DNA of 63,664 nucleotides from Sulfurimonas sp. (lineage in GTDB: Bacteria > Campylobacterota > Campylobacteria > Campylobacterales > Sulfurimonadaceae): contig JBAYYR010000001.1 in NCBI GenBank assembly GCA_041672945.1, positions 1-63,664 of the forward strand. Reading direction: 5' to 3'. This document shows, piece after piece, positions 11,013-20,490 of this stretch (positions are counted from its first letter, which is position 1; each line of letters opens with the position of its first letter). The notes below the pieces were generated by a model. The model had not been told where the DNA came from. It worked only from the letters and a program-made list of their open reading frames with translations, and made no database searches. The translations under genes and the position numbers were made by a program.

Positions 11013-12449
11013 ATGAGTGAAAAAGCTAAAGCTATAAAGCTTCCAACTCCGTGGAGATATAAAAGATATTTTTTATTTGCACTTATAACTGTTTTTGTTC
11101 TTGTTGTACCGTGGCTAGAGGTCGATGGGAAACATTTTTTCTTACTAAGCTTTGATAAGCTAAAACTCCATCTTGCATTTGTAGAGTTTGATATGCAAGA
11201 GCTTTACTTGATGCCGTTTTTACTTATGATCCTTTTTATAGGGATATTTGGTATGACTGTTGTTGGTGGTAGGGTTTTTTGTGGATGGATATGTCCACAG
11301 ACGATATTTAGGGTGATATATCGTGACCTTTTAGAGACAAAACTCTTAAAGCTTAGAAAACGGATAAAAAACAAACAACAAGAACCAGATATGAGCATAC
11401 CAGCAAACAAGGTAAAAAAAGCTATTGCAGTGTCTATTTGGGTTGTTTTGGCTTTTGTTGCTAGTGCAAACCTACTTTGGTTTTTTGTTCCACCTGAGGA
11501 CTTTTTTGCCTATATGGCGGATCCATTTGAGCATATTATACTTAGTGGAACACTTTTAGCACTTGCAGTTTTTCTAGTCTATGACATCGTCTTTTTAAAA
11601 GAGGATTATTGTATCTATGTTTGTCCTTACTCAAGAGTCCAATCGGTACTTTATGATGAAAATACTGTTATGGCACTATATAACACAAACCGTGGTGGGC
11701 ATATATATGATGAACATAAAAACAAAGCATTTACTAGCCAAAAAGCACTTCAAGAGGCTGAAGCTCATGCAGAGTGTACTGCCTGTGAGGCTTGTGTAAC
11801 TGTTTGTCCGACACATATAGATATAAGAAAAGGGCTTCAGCTTGAGTGTATAAACTGCCTTGAGTGTGTCGATGCTTGTACTGTTGTTATGGGTAAATTA
11901 GGTAAACCTTCGCTTGTAACTTGGTCGAGTGACTATGAGATCATAGATCAAAAAGGTAAAACACAATACTTTAGACCAAAAGTTTTAGGTTATATCGCAC
12001 TCCTTATAGGGATTAGTGTAGCGATTATGGTTATGGGAAGTAACAAAGAAAATATGCTCTTAAATATCAACAAAGAAAACCGCCTATACTCTATCCATAA
12101 AGAGGTAGATGGTAGAGTTGCAGTCGATAATGCTTATGAGTTTTTACTTCAAAATACACAAGGTGAAAAGATGGACTTTTACTTTGAAATCATCACACCA
12201 GATGATCTTAAAGGTAAGATTGAGATAGTGCGACCAGATAAAGCTTTTGGTGTTGTTCCTGATGTGAAGAAGAAAAAAGTAGTTCTTCTTAGAACATATG
12301 ACAAGCTCTCAGATGATGCTAGACACGATACCATCATACCAATAACCATAAGAGCTTATGCAAAAGATCACGAAGATAAGATAGTTGTTTTTAGAAAATC
12401 GACCTTTACTTATCCTAGAGCCGATCTTATCGAAGATGCTAAAAAGTAA
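11013..12449 (+). CDS. ccoG: cytochrome c oxidase accessory protein CcoG/FixG (4Fe-4S ferredoxin-type membrane protein)
   Basis: Has TM helices, CPQTIF, CIYVCPY and CTACEACVTVCP...CINCLECVDAC cluster motifs. Confidence 0.85.
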   Translation: MSEKAKAIKLPTPWRYKRYFLFALITVFVLVVPWLEVDGKHFFLLSFDKLKLHLAFVEFDMQELYLMPFLLMILFIGIFGMTVVGGRVFCGWICPQTIFRVIYRDLLETKLLKLRKRIKNKQQEPDMSIPANKVKKAIAVSIWVVLAFVASANLLWFFVPPEDFFAYMADPFEHIILSGTLLALAVFLVYDIVFLKEDYCIYVCPYSRVQSVLYDENTVMALYNTNRGGHIYDEHKNKAFTSQKALQEAEAHAECTACEACVTVCPTHIDIRKGLQLECINCLECVDACTVVMGKLGKPSLVTWSSDYEIIDQKGKTQYFRPKVLGYIALLIGISVAIMVMGSNKENMLLNINKENRLYSIHKEVDGRVAVDNAYEFLLQNTQGEKMDFYFEIITPDDLKGKIEIVRPDKAFGVVPDVKKKKVVLLRTYDKLSDDARHDTIIPITIRAYAKDHEDKIVVFRKSTFTYPRADLIEDAKK

Positions 12450-12505
12450 AATTTTATTTTAACCTAGCATCTGCTAAACTTTAACATAATAAGTGAGGTT
12501 TTATT

Positions 12506-15500
12506 ATGTTTAAAAAAGTTTTAGCTGCGACTGTTTTACTCTATATGTTAGCAGGTTTTTTCCTGCTTCCATACCTGCTAAAAAAAGGTGCTATAGAGTT
12601 TGTAAAAGATAAATACAATCTAGAGCTAAACCTTGAGAGAGTTAGTTTTAACCCTTTTAGCTTCGAGTTAGAGTTAAAGGGTGTTAAGCTTAAAGATGAG
12701 CAAGATACTATGCTTTCACTTAAACACCTAAGGGCAAATCTCGAACCACACTCACTTTTATTTGGAGCTATCCATCTTCAAAATATCTCACTTATAAAAC
12801 CATATATATTTACCAAAATAAAAAACGATGGGAGCTTAAACTTTGATGTTTTTAGCAAAGATGAGCCACAAGAGACTTCTACATCAGATGCACTTAGAGT
12901 TGTAGTAGATAGCATAAGGGTTAGTGGCGGTGAAGTTGAGTTTTTAGATGAGCTAAAAGAGTTTAAAACCGCTATAAAAGATATAGACATAAGAGTCGAC
13001 AGCCTAGATACTAAGCAAAAAAAGTATAAAAACACACTAGCTAGAGTAGCTCTAAGGTTTGATGATGGCGGAGAGCTTAGAGCTAAAAATACTATCTCAT
13101 CTTTTGAGCCACTAAAGATAGATGCAAACCTAAATATAGAGAGATTTAGGCTCTTTAGTATATATAGATATATAAAAGATATGTTAAATATTGAGCTAAG
13201 CTCAGGCTACTTGAGTGGCGATATAAATTATCATATAAATACCCTAGAGTCGATAGATATAAAAGATAGTATTTTGAGTTTAGATGATGTTAGGTTTAAA
13301 CCAAAAACTAAAGATAATGACTTTGTAAGCTTAGACACACTAAGCGTTAAACTAGCTTCCCTAAAACCGCTAGAACACTCCATAGATATAGAGACCATAG
13401 AGCTTAGAGGTTTTGAGCTTGATGCTAAAAGGTTAGATGATGGTAGCTTAGATGTTGAGAGTTATTTTGCTACAAATACCCCAAAAGATAGCTCAGATAG
13501 TGAGCCAAGTGAGTGGAGTGCAAATATCTCTAAGATAGATTTGGGCAAAATCTCTTTAAAGCTAGAAGATAGAGCACTAAAACCATCTGTTACAACAACT
13601 ATAGATGAGCTAAATCTAAATATAAGTGACATATCTTACCCAAGTAGCGATATGTTAAACTATAGCCTAGAGCTAAAGGCAAATGGTGCTTTTTTGTGTG
13701 ATGCAAGTGGAGAGGTAAACTATAAAAACATAGCTACGCTCTCAAGTGTTGATTGTCGTGGTTTTGAGCTAAGTCACTACAACCCTTATATAAAGCAGGT
13801 TGCAAAAGAGAACTTTGAGAAGTTTGATGTTGTACTAGATAGTGCAAGTGTCGGTTTTAAAGGAGATATTGATGCAGATATTAGCCTTGATGAGCCAAAG
13901 ATAGGTTTGCAAAATGGTGGAATTTTTCTAGATAATCTAAAACTCTCTACCAAAAAAAGCCCACTGCTAACTCTAAAACATTTTGAAGTAGATGGTATAA
14001 GTTTAGATAGCGATAAAAAAACCATCTATGCAAAAGATGGGAAAATCGATAGTTTTGTAGCATTTATAGATAGAGAAAAAGATGGTGCTTTTAGTTTTGA
14101 TAATATCGTAGTTGTTAAACAAGCTACCAAAAAAGATGAGACAAAAAAAGATGAGACAAAAAAAGATGAGCCATACGAGTTTACACTAGATAGTTTTGGT
14201 GTGCAAAACTCAAAACTAAACTTTAGCGATAACTCACTAGAAGATAGGGTGGAGCTAAGTTTAAGCAAGATAAAACTAGATGCTAAAAATATATCTACCA
14301 TAAAAGATAGCAGAGTCGATTATGAGTTTAGCTCAACTTTAGGTGGTGATTCTAAAATCTACTCAAAAGCAAATATAAACACTACAACACTAGATCTTGA
14401 TGGGAGATTTGGGGTGAAAAATCTACCGCTAAATAAGCTAAATCCCTACCTAAAAGACTCAACTTACATAAAACTAAATAGCGGTCTTTTTAATCTAGAA
14501 TCAAAACTAACACATAAAAAAGATGAGCTAAAAGCTAGAGGAAATTTGTGGTTAGAGGGTGTTGATGTGGAGGATTATAGAGATGATAAGTTACTCATTT
14601 CACTCCCAAAGCTAAATGTAAAATCGTTTGAGTATGAAAAAGATGCACTAGATGTTAAAGAGGTGCTAGTTGATGGTTTTTATGTAGATGCACAGATAGA
14701 TAAAGATAAAAATTTTAACTTAGCAGGGCTAATAAAGCAGGGTGAGACACAAAGCGAGAGTCAAAAGAGTGATTTTTCTTATAGTATCTCAAAAGTAGAT
14801 TTTAAAAATGCAAATATGAGTTTTGCGGACTATTCCTTGCCTATAAAGTTTAAAACACTTGTTCATAACCTAAATGGTGCAGTTGGGGCGATATCTAGCA
14901 GGGCTAAGGAGATAACTATGCTTGAGCTTAAGGGTTCGGTTGATGATTATGGTGAGGCAGATATAAAGGGTGAACTAAAAAGTGCCGATCCAAAATCCTA
15001 CTTAGATATAGGAATCGATTTTAAAAATCTAGATTTGAGTGCGATGAGTGGCTATAGTGCTGAGTTTGCGGGTTATACTATAGATGATGGGAGACTATTT
15101 TTAGCACTCGATTATAGTGTGCTTGATTCAAAACTAAAAAGTTCAAACAAACTTAGTATAAAAAAGATAGAGTTAGGTAGCACTATAGAGGATGAAAACA
15201 TAACAAAGCTTCCACTCCCACTAGCGGTGATGTTGCTTGAAGATAACAACAGGGTTATAGATATAAATCTACCGATAGAGGGTGATATCGATTCGCCCGA
15301 TTTTAAGTATGGTTCGGTTGTACTTAGAGCATTTATAAACCTTATAGGTAAAGCGATAACTTCGCCATTTAGCCTACTAGCAGGAGCTATAGGGTTAGGT
15401 GATGGTGAAAATCTTGATGGGGTTTTGTTTGAGGCAGGTAAGAGTGAGATTATGCCACAACAAAAAGAGGTGCTAGATAAGATAGTGCAGATACTAGAAC

Positions 15501-15937
15501 AAAGAGAGAAGCTTCATCTAGGGATAAGTGTAGGTTATAACATAGAGGGCGATCTTTTAGCACTAAAGAGTATCAAGCTAAAACAAGAGGTAGCAAGGTT
15601 AGTAAATAACAGAAGATCAACCATCTCTATACTAGAAAATATCTACAAAAGCTCCTACTCATCTAAAGAGTTAAAAGCACTACAAGATAGTATAAAAGAG
15701 CAGGGTGGCAACTACGACATACTCTACCAAAAAGCGATAATGTTAGAGTGTGCAAAACTTCAAGAAATTAAGGAAGATGAGGTTTTAGCACTTATAAAAC
15801 TAAGAGAAGATGCCATAGGCTCATATATAGAGCAAAAAAACTTAGAGTATATGCAAAGAGTTGAGTTTTTAGCACCAAAAGAGCAGGAGCTAGATGAGCA
15901 AGAGTATTTAAAGAGTGAGTTTGTTATAGAGTTGTAG
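12506..15937 (+). CDS. large N-terminally anchored DUF748/AsmA-like envelope protein
   Basis: 1143 aa with a single N-terminal TM helix and a long beta-rich repetitive body. The C-terminal FEAGKSEIMPQQKEVLDKIV segment resembles an OmpA-like start but lacks the rest of that domain. Family assignment is from memory. Confidence 0.5.
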   Translation: MFKKVLAATVLLYMLAGFFLLPYLLKKGAIEFVKDKYNLELNLERVSFNPFSFELELKGVKLKDEQDTMLSLKHLRANLEPHSLLFGAIHLQNISLIKPYIFTKIKNDGSLNFDVFSKDEPQETSTSDALRVVVDSIRVSGGEVEFLDELKEFKTAIKDIDIRVDSLDTKQKKYKNTLARVALRFDDGGELRAKNTISSFEPLKIDANLNIERFRLFSIYRYIKDMLNIELSSGYLSGDINYHINTLESIDIKDSILSLDDVRFKPKTKDNDFVSLDTLSVKLASLKPLEHSIDIETIELRGFELDAKRLDDGSLDVESYFATNTPKDSSDSEPSEWSANISKIDLGKISLKLEDRALKPSVTTTIDELNLNISDISYPSSDMLNYSLELKANGAFLCDASGEVNYKNIATLSSVDCRGFELSHYNPYIKQVAKENFEKFDVVLDSASVGFKGDIDADISLDEPKIGLQNGGIFLDNLKLSTKKSPLLTLKHFEVDGISLDSDKKTIYAKDGKIDSFVAFIDREKDGAFSFDNIVVVKQATKKDETKKDETKKDEPYEFTLDSFGVQNSKLNFSDNSLEDRVELSLSKIKLDAKNISTIKDSRVDYEFSSTLGGDSKIYSKANINTTTLDLDGRFGVKNLPLNKLNPYLKDSTYIKLNSGLFNLESKLTHKKDELKARGNLWLEGVDVEDYRDDKLLISLPKLNVKSFEYEKDALDVKEVLVDGFYVDAQIDKDKNFNLAGLIKQGETQSESQKSDFSYSISKVDFKNANMSFADYSLPIKFKTLVHNLNGAVGAISSRAKEITMLELKGSVDDYGEADIKGELKSADPKSYLDIGIDFKNLDLSAMSGYSAEFAGYTIDDGRLFLALDYSVLDSKLKSSNKLSIKKIELGSTIEDENITKLPLPLAVMLLEDNNRVIDINLPIEGDIDSPDFKYGSVVLRAFINLIGKAITSPFSLLAGAIGLGDGENLDGVLFEAGKSEIMPQQKEVLDKIVQILEQREKLHLGISVGYNIEGDLLALKSIKLKQEVARLVNNRRSTISILENIYKSSYSSKELKALQDSIKEQGGNYDILYQKAIMLECAKLQEIKEDEVLALIKLREDAIGSYIEQKNLEYMQRVEFLAPKEQELDEQEYLKSEFVIEL
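14129..14170 (+). repeat. in-frame 15-nt tandem repeat (AAAAAAGATGAGACA x2.8) encoding KKDET-KKDET-KKDE
   Basis: Units read directly at 14129-14143 and 14144-14158, with a partial unit at 14159-14170. Confidence 0.9.
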
Positions 15938-16055
15938 TTTTAAAGATTAAGAAAAATCACTAAAAAGATAAATTATAATTTTCCTTCACAAAAACCTACT
16001 CTATCGATTTTAGCCCACCTAAACAGATAAAATAGTATAAAAAAGGAGAATGCCC

Positions 16056-17099
16056 ATGTTTTCAAAAGAGAAAAGAAAAGGGACAATAAGTGGAATCATC
16101 TTTGTGGCGATAGCTGCTATGGCAGCAACTGCTATAGCAGATATACAAACCATCAAAAACCTTGGAATCTCACCTCTTGTTATTGGTATAGTTATAGGTA
16201 TATTTTATGCAAACACTCTGCATAATAAAACCCCAAAAGCATGGGAGGGTGGTATCACCTTTAGTGCTAAGAAGATACTTAGATTTGCTATTGTGTTTTA
16301 TGGGTTTCGTATAACTTTTCAACAAATCGCAGAGGTTGGAATAGAGGGTTTTTTAGTATCTTTAATAATGCTCTCAACAACTTTTATACTCGGTACTTGG
16401 GTAGGACAAAAACTCTTTAAACTAGATAGTGATACAGCGATGTTAAATGCTTCTGGAGCTTCTGTTTGTGGAGCGGCCGCGGTTTTAGCAACTGAGCCCG
16501 TTTTAAAAGCACAAGAGCATAAAGCTGCTATTGCGGTATCTATGGTTGTGCTTTTTGGAACCATATCTATGTTTGTATATCCACTACTTTACAATATGGG
16601 TGTTTTTGATATGGGTGCTAGAGAGTTTGGTATCTATGTTGGTGGAACTATCCATGAGGTGGCTCAGGTTGTAGCGGTTCCAGCTTCTGTACCAAATGCA
16701 CCAGATGAGATGGCAAATGCGGCGGTTATTGTTAAGATGACAAGGGTTATTATGATAGCTCCTATGCTCATTATTTTAGGTATTTATCTATCTTTTAGAG
16801 CCAAAAGAGTTGGTGGAGAAGCGGGTGGAGTTAAGTTAGTTATACCGTGGTTTGCGGTCTATTTTATAGGTATGGCGGGGTTTAACTCTTTGGGGCTTTT
16901 ACCACTTGATGTGGTTGAACTTATAAACACCATAGATACGTTTTTACTAACTATGGCGATGACTGCCCTTGGTATCGGGACACAGTTTTCAAAGTTTAAA
17001 GGTTTAGGACTTGCCCCTGTTTATAGTGCGGGAGTTATGTTTTTATGGCTTATGGTAGGTGGTTATTTTATAACCAAATGGGTTGTTGCGACATTTTAA
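16056..17099 (+). CDS. yeiH: YeiH/UPF0324 family membrane protein (putative sulfate-exporter family transporter)
   Basis: A polytopic protein of about 347 aa with a YeiH-like sequence. GGAG lies 7 nt before the ATG at 16056, so I prefer that to the track ATG at 16050. Confidence 0.75.
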   Translation: MFSKEKRKGTISGIIFVAIAAMAATAIADIQTIKNLGISPLVIGIVIGIFYANTLHNKTPKAWEGGITFSAKKILRFAIVFYGFRITFQQIAEVGIEGFLVSLIMLSTTFILGTWVGQKLFKLDSDTAMLNASGASVCGAAAVLATEPVLKAQEHKAAIAVSMVVLFGTISMFVYPLLYNMGVFDMGAREFGIYVGGTIHEVAQVVAVPASVPNAPDEMANAAVIVKMTRVIMIAPMLIILGIYLSFRAKRVGGEAGGVKLVIPWFAVYFIGMAGFNSLGLLPLDVVELINTIDTFLLTMAMTALGIGTQFSKFKGLGLAPVYSAGVMFLWLMVGGYFITKWVVATF

Positions 17100-17113
17100 G
17101 ATTTTTATATGTC

Positions 17114-17134
17114 ATTCCAGACTTGATCTGGAAT
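17114..17134 (+). terminator. stem-loop ATTCCAGA-cttga-TCTGGAAT followed by CCCTTTTAT; likely yeiH terminator
   Basis: A perfect 8-bp stem read directly, with a T-run 3 nt downstream. It lies between the convergent yeiH and higA genes. Confidence 0.55.
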
Positions 17135-17149
17135 CCCTTTTATCGCTAT

Positions 17150-17512
17150 TTATACGATCTTGATTAAAGTCTCCACGGGTATATGCAAAGCTTGAGATAG
17201 ATTTCTTACCATAGTTAAAGATAGAGATATTTTCCTATTCAAAAGCTCTGATACTTTACTTTTATTTCCAATATAAGGTATTAAATCTTTTTGTTTTAAG
17301 TTCATCTCTTCCATTCTATATTTTATAGCTTCGATAGGATCAGGGGTTTCAATATTCCAGTTTATCTCTTCATATTTTTCAATCAATAAGGCTAAAATTT
17401 CAAGTTCATCACTCTGTGGAGTTCCTAATTTTGGATTTAAAGCCATTAATTCATCAATTCTATTTAGTGCTTCTTCGTAGTCTTTTTCTGTTTTTAAAAT
17501 TTTTAAGTTCAT
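17150..17512 (-). CDS. higA: HigA-type antitoxin (XRE-family HTH)
   Basis: 120 aa with a C-terminal HTH (LKQKDLIPYIGNKSKVSELLNRK). It immediately follows higB with a 0-nt gap. Confidence 0.8.
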   Translation of the reverse strand: MNLKILKTEKDYEEALNRIDELMALNPKLGTPQSDELEILALLIEKYEEINWNIETPDPIEAIKYRMEEMNLKQKDLIPYIGNKSKVSELLNRKISLSLTMVRNLSQALHIPVETLIKIV

Positions 17513-17806
17513 CTACAAATCCTTTATGTTTATTTTGTCGTACTCACTGTGAGTACCAATAAACTTAACTCTTACAATTTTTCTTAAATAATCAATATGA
17601 ACAACAAGCCTATAGTCATTTCCTTTTATATTAAAAACAACTCTATTGTCTTCTAAAAAAGAAGCACTAGAGTATGATTTTTTAATATCATCAGGAGTTT
17701 TCCACGCTGCCTTTTTTGTATCTTGATGCCAAACTTCCAAAGGAGTTTTAGCTTGTGGATGCTTTTTATAAAACTCTACTAATGTTCTTTTGCTTATTAT
17801 GTTCAT
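17513..17806 (-). CDS. higB: HigB-family type II toxin (mRNA interferase)
   Basis: 97 aa of HigB_toxin type (WKTPDDIK...FNIKGNDYRLVVHIDY...VRVKFIGTHSEYD). The toxin-first gene order is typical of higBA. Confidence 0.8.
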   Translation of the reverse strand: MNIISKRTLVEFYKKHPQAKTPLEVWHQDTKKAAWKTPDDIKKSYSSASFLEDNRVVFNIKGNDYRLVVHIDYLRKIVRVKFIGTHSEYDKINIKDL

Positions 17807-17822
17807 ATAAAATATTATCTTT

Positions 17823-17841
17823 AGTTCCCTTAATAGGAACT
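17823..17841. promoter_or_regulatory. palindrome AGTTCC-N7-GGAACT upstream of higB; candidate HigA operator
   Basis: A perfect 6-bp inverted repeat 17-35 nt upstream of the higB ATG, downstream of a TATAAG -10-like hexamer on the minus strand. Confidence 0.45.
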
Positions 17842-17908
17842 TAGTTTATCTTATAATCTATGGTAAATTTAGATATAATAACCCTCATCTAAAGTCAAGG
17901 AGTTTAGC

Positions 17909-18376
17909 ATGTCATCTCTACCAAACACCCTAAACTCCTACTGGCTATACAAAGAGATAACATCAAAGTTAGGGCTCTCAAACCCAACCTATAAGTACTG
18001 GAGCGGTACAAAAACTCTAAAGCTAAACAACAAATATCTCTTTTTGCAAAAAAATACTCTCCCGCAAAAGTATGAGTATGTCGAGGAGATACTTACCGAC
18101 CTATCGGGCTACTTACCGATCCGATTCGCTTCAGATAGGCTCCACACAAGTCAGAGGATATTTTCATACGAAAAGATGAGGCTATATAAAGAGTTTGAGT
18201 ATAAGTTTGTAGAGGATATAAAGTTTGTAAATATTAGAAGGTTTTTTAAAGAGTTTGGTATAAAAGCTTCAAAAGACTCTATCATCCATCTAGGTAGGCT
18301 AGATGAGTTAGAGATAAGTGCCAATACCACTTTTTATAACCTTAAAAATGACTATGGTGTAGTGGTGTATAACTGA
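17909..18376 (+). CDS. hypothetical soluble protein, translationally coupled to the LapB-like gene
   Basis: 155 aa. AAGGAG lies 6 nt upstream, and TATAAT occurs at 17874-17879. The stop and the next start overlap (TGATG). I recognised no domain. Confidence 0.55.
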   Translation: MSSLPNTLNSYWLYKEITSKLGLSNPTYKYWSGTKTLKLNNKYLFLQKNTLPQKYEYVEEILTDLSGYLPIRFASDRLHTSQRIFSYEKMRLYKEFEYKFVEDIKFVNIRRFFKEFGIKASKDSIIHLGRLDELEISANTTFYNLKNDYGVVVYN

Positions 18377-19410
18377 TGGATTTGTATTTTTTAGAGTACC
18401 GCGATCCGCTATTTGGCATTATTATATTTTTTGTACTCCTTTTTGCCATAACTCTTGTTTCATACCTGCACAACACCTATAAAAAAAATGAGGACTCAAA
18501 ACATCTAGATAGTTTTTTAGATCAGTTTAAAACATCATCAACACAGATAGATTCGCTTATGGGTAGCGGTGGGTTTTCACAACAGTTTTGGCTTGTTTTA
18601 GCAGATGCTTTTAACAAAAATGGTGACTATGCAAAAGCGGTAGAGATATACTCAGAGCTTATAAAAACTTCACAAAGCTCAAAGGAGATTATGTTTTTGC
18701 TTGGTAAAACACTCTTTATGGCAGGGTTTATACAGAGGAGCAAAAAGATATTTTTAGAGCTTTTAAAAAAGTCTCCACGAAACACTCAAGCACTAAGCTA
18801 CTTGATGTTGGTATATGAACAGAGCAAAGATTTTAACTCAGCCCTTGAGATACTCACACCACTAAGTGAGCTAAAAAGCGATATCTCAAGTGAAGAGATG
18901 TACCTAAAAACACATATTATTTTAAATGAACCTAGTCTAAACAAAGAGCAAAAAATAGAGAAACTTTTAGAGCTTTATAGAAAAACTCGCAAGTTAAATT
19001 ATGATATATTTGAGTATCTTTTTAGAGTTGCACCTAATGTTGCTTGGGAGCATCTTGATGTATCTAGAGCTATGAGTATAGTCGATATACTATGGAGAGT
19101 TGAAGCAAAAGATTTGAATTTTGATATAATCTCACAAAGTAGTTTTCTAACAGAGCTATATAGTGCCAAAAAGTATATAGATGAGGCTAAGAGTAGTGCT
19201 ATCTTTGAGTTTAACTTGCTTATAAACTCAAACGAAAAAGCAAATGCAACTCTAGGTTTTGAGTATATATGTAGCAACTGTTCACATAAACAGCCATTTT
19301 CGTTTGCTAGATGTCCATCTTGCCACTCACTTGAGGGTATGGTTATAGATATGTTGGTTGTAAAAGATTATAGCAGGGGGCTTTTTGAAGAGAGTAACTC
19401 TTTTTTGTGA
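18376..19410 (+). CDS. LapB/YciM-like protein: N-terminal TM helix, TPR-like repeats, C-terminal rubredoxin-type zinc ribbon
   Basis: Has the TM segment PLFGIIIFFVLLFAITLVSYL and helical repeats. The C-terminus CSNCSHKQPFSFARCPSCHS follows the LapB pattern CxxC-x10-CPxC. Confidence 0.6.
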   Translation: MDLYFLEYRDPLFGIIIFFVLLFAITLVSYLHNTYKKNEDSKHLDSFLDQFKTSSTQIDSLMGSGGFSQQFWLVLADAFNKNGDYAKAVEIYSELIKTSQSSKEIMFLLGKTLFMAGFIQRSKKIFLELLKKSPRNTQALSYLMLVYEQSKDFNSALEILTPLSELKSDISSEEMYLKTHIILNEPSLNKEQKIEKLLELYRKTRKLNYDIFEYLFRVAPNVAWEHLDVSRAMSIVDILWRVEAKDLNFDIISQSSFLTELYSAKKYIDEAKSSAIFEFNLLINSNEKANATLGFEYICSNCSHKQPFSFARCPSCHSLEGMVIDMLVVKDYSRGLFEESNSFL

Positions 19411-19816
19411 TGGTAGCTCTTTGGGTAACCCAGGTTTTGGTGGATGGGGGAGTATACTTAGATATAACGGTGTAGAAAAAGAGCTAAGCGGAGCTGCGGC
19501 TAATGTGACAAATAACCAAATGGAGCTTCAAGCAGTTATAGAGGGGCTAAAGGCACTAAAAGAGCCTTGTGAGGTTGAGCTTGTAACTGATTCACAGTAT
19601 GTTGCAAATAGCATAAACACTTGGCTTAGTGGATGGGTCAAAAAAGATTTTAAGGGTATTAAAAATAAGGAGTTATGGATGGAGTATTTAAGGGTTGTAA
19701 AACCACATACCATAAAAGCAACATGGGTTAGAGGGCATGATGGTCACATAGAGAATGAGCGGTGCGATAAATTAGCACGAGATGCAGCGACTAAGCTTCA
19801 AAAAGAGCAAATATGA
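19385..19816 (+). CDS. rnhA: ribonuclease HI
   Basis: [11 protein letters not shown]...NNQMEL...TDSQY...[12 protein letters not shown]. The TTG start lies 26 nt inside the preceding gene. Confidence 0.93.
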   Translation: MKRVTLFCDGSSLGNPGFGGWGSILRYNGVEKELSGAAANVTNNQMELQAVIEGLKALKEPCEVELVTDSQYVANSINTWLSGWVKKDFKGIKNKELWMEYLRVVKPHTIKATWVRGHDGHIENERCDKLARDAATKLQKEQI

Positions 19817-20490
19817 ATGAAAATATACAAAAACTATCTTTAGCACTTGGATATAAGTTTAAAGATATAAATCTTATCACTCAAGCACTCACACATAAGA
19901 GTTTCAAGCAACCATACGACAATGAAAGGTTAGAGTTTTTAGGTGATGCGGTTTTAGACCTTATAGTTGGGGAGTATCTCTATGCTAAGTTTACTAAAGC
20001 AGATGAGGGGAAACTCTCAAAGATAAGGGCTGCTTTAGTAAATGAAAACGGTTTTGAAAAACTAGCTAGATATATAAACCTAGGTGAAGCTCTTTATATG
20101 TCAAACGCAGAGCAAAATAATGGCGGAAGAGAGAAGCCATCTATACTCTCAAATGCTTTTGAGGCGGTAATGGGGACTATATATCTTGAGTCGGGTTTAG
20201 ATGTGGTTAGAAAAATCGCTATAGAGCTTATAGAGAAAAACTACAAAGATATATCGCTTGATTCACTTTTTCGTGATTTTAAAACATCACTTCAAGAGAT
20301 AACTCAAGCTAGATATGGTGAGATACCAGAGTACGAAGTGGTAGCATCTCGCGGACCCGATCATTTAAAAGAGTTTGAGATAAGCCTAAAACTTCAAGGC
20401 AAAGAGGTGGCAAGGGCGATAGGTAAAAGTAAAAAGATAGCACAACAAAATGCAGCCCAAAAAGCGATAAGGATACTAGAAAATGAATAG
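19813..20490 (+). CDS. rnc: ribonuclease III
   Basis: Has the [12 protein letters not shown] signature and a C-terminal dsRBD. Confidence 0.95.
   Translation: MNENIQKLSLALGYKFKDINLITQALTHKSFKQPYDNERLEFLGDAVLDLIVGEYLYAKFTKADEGKLSKIRAALVNENGFEKLARYINLGEALYMSNAEQNNGGREKPSILSNAFEAVMGTIYLESGLDVVRKIAIELIEKNYKDISLDSLFRDFKTSLQEITQARYGEIPEYEVVASRGPDHLKEFEISLKLQGKEVARAIGKSKKIAQQNAAQKAIRILENE

Noticed and set aside
14129-14170. A tandem repeat considered as a CRISPR-like or minisatellite non-coding array.
   Set aside because: The units are contiguous with no spacers, in frame, and inside a long ORF. It is simply a coding repeat.
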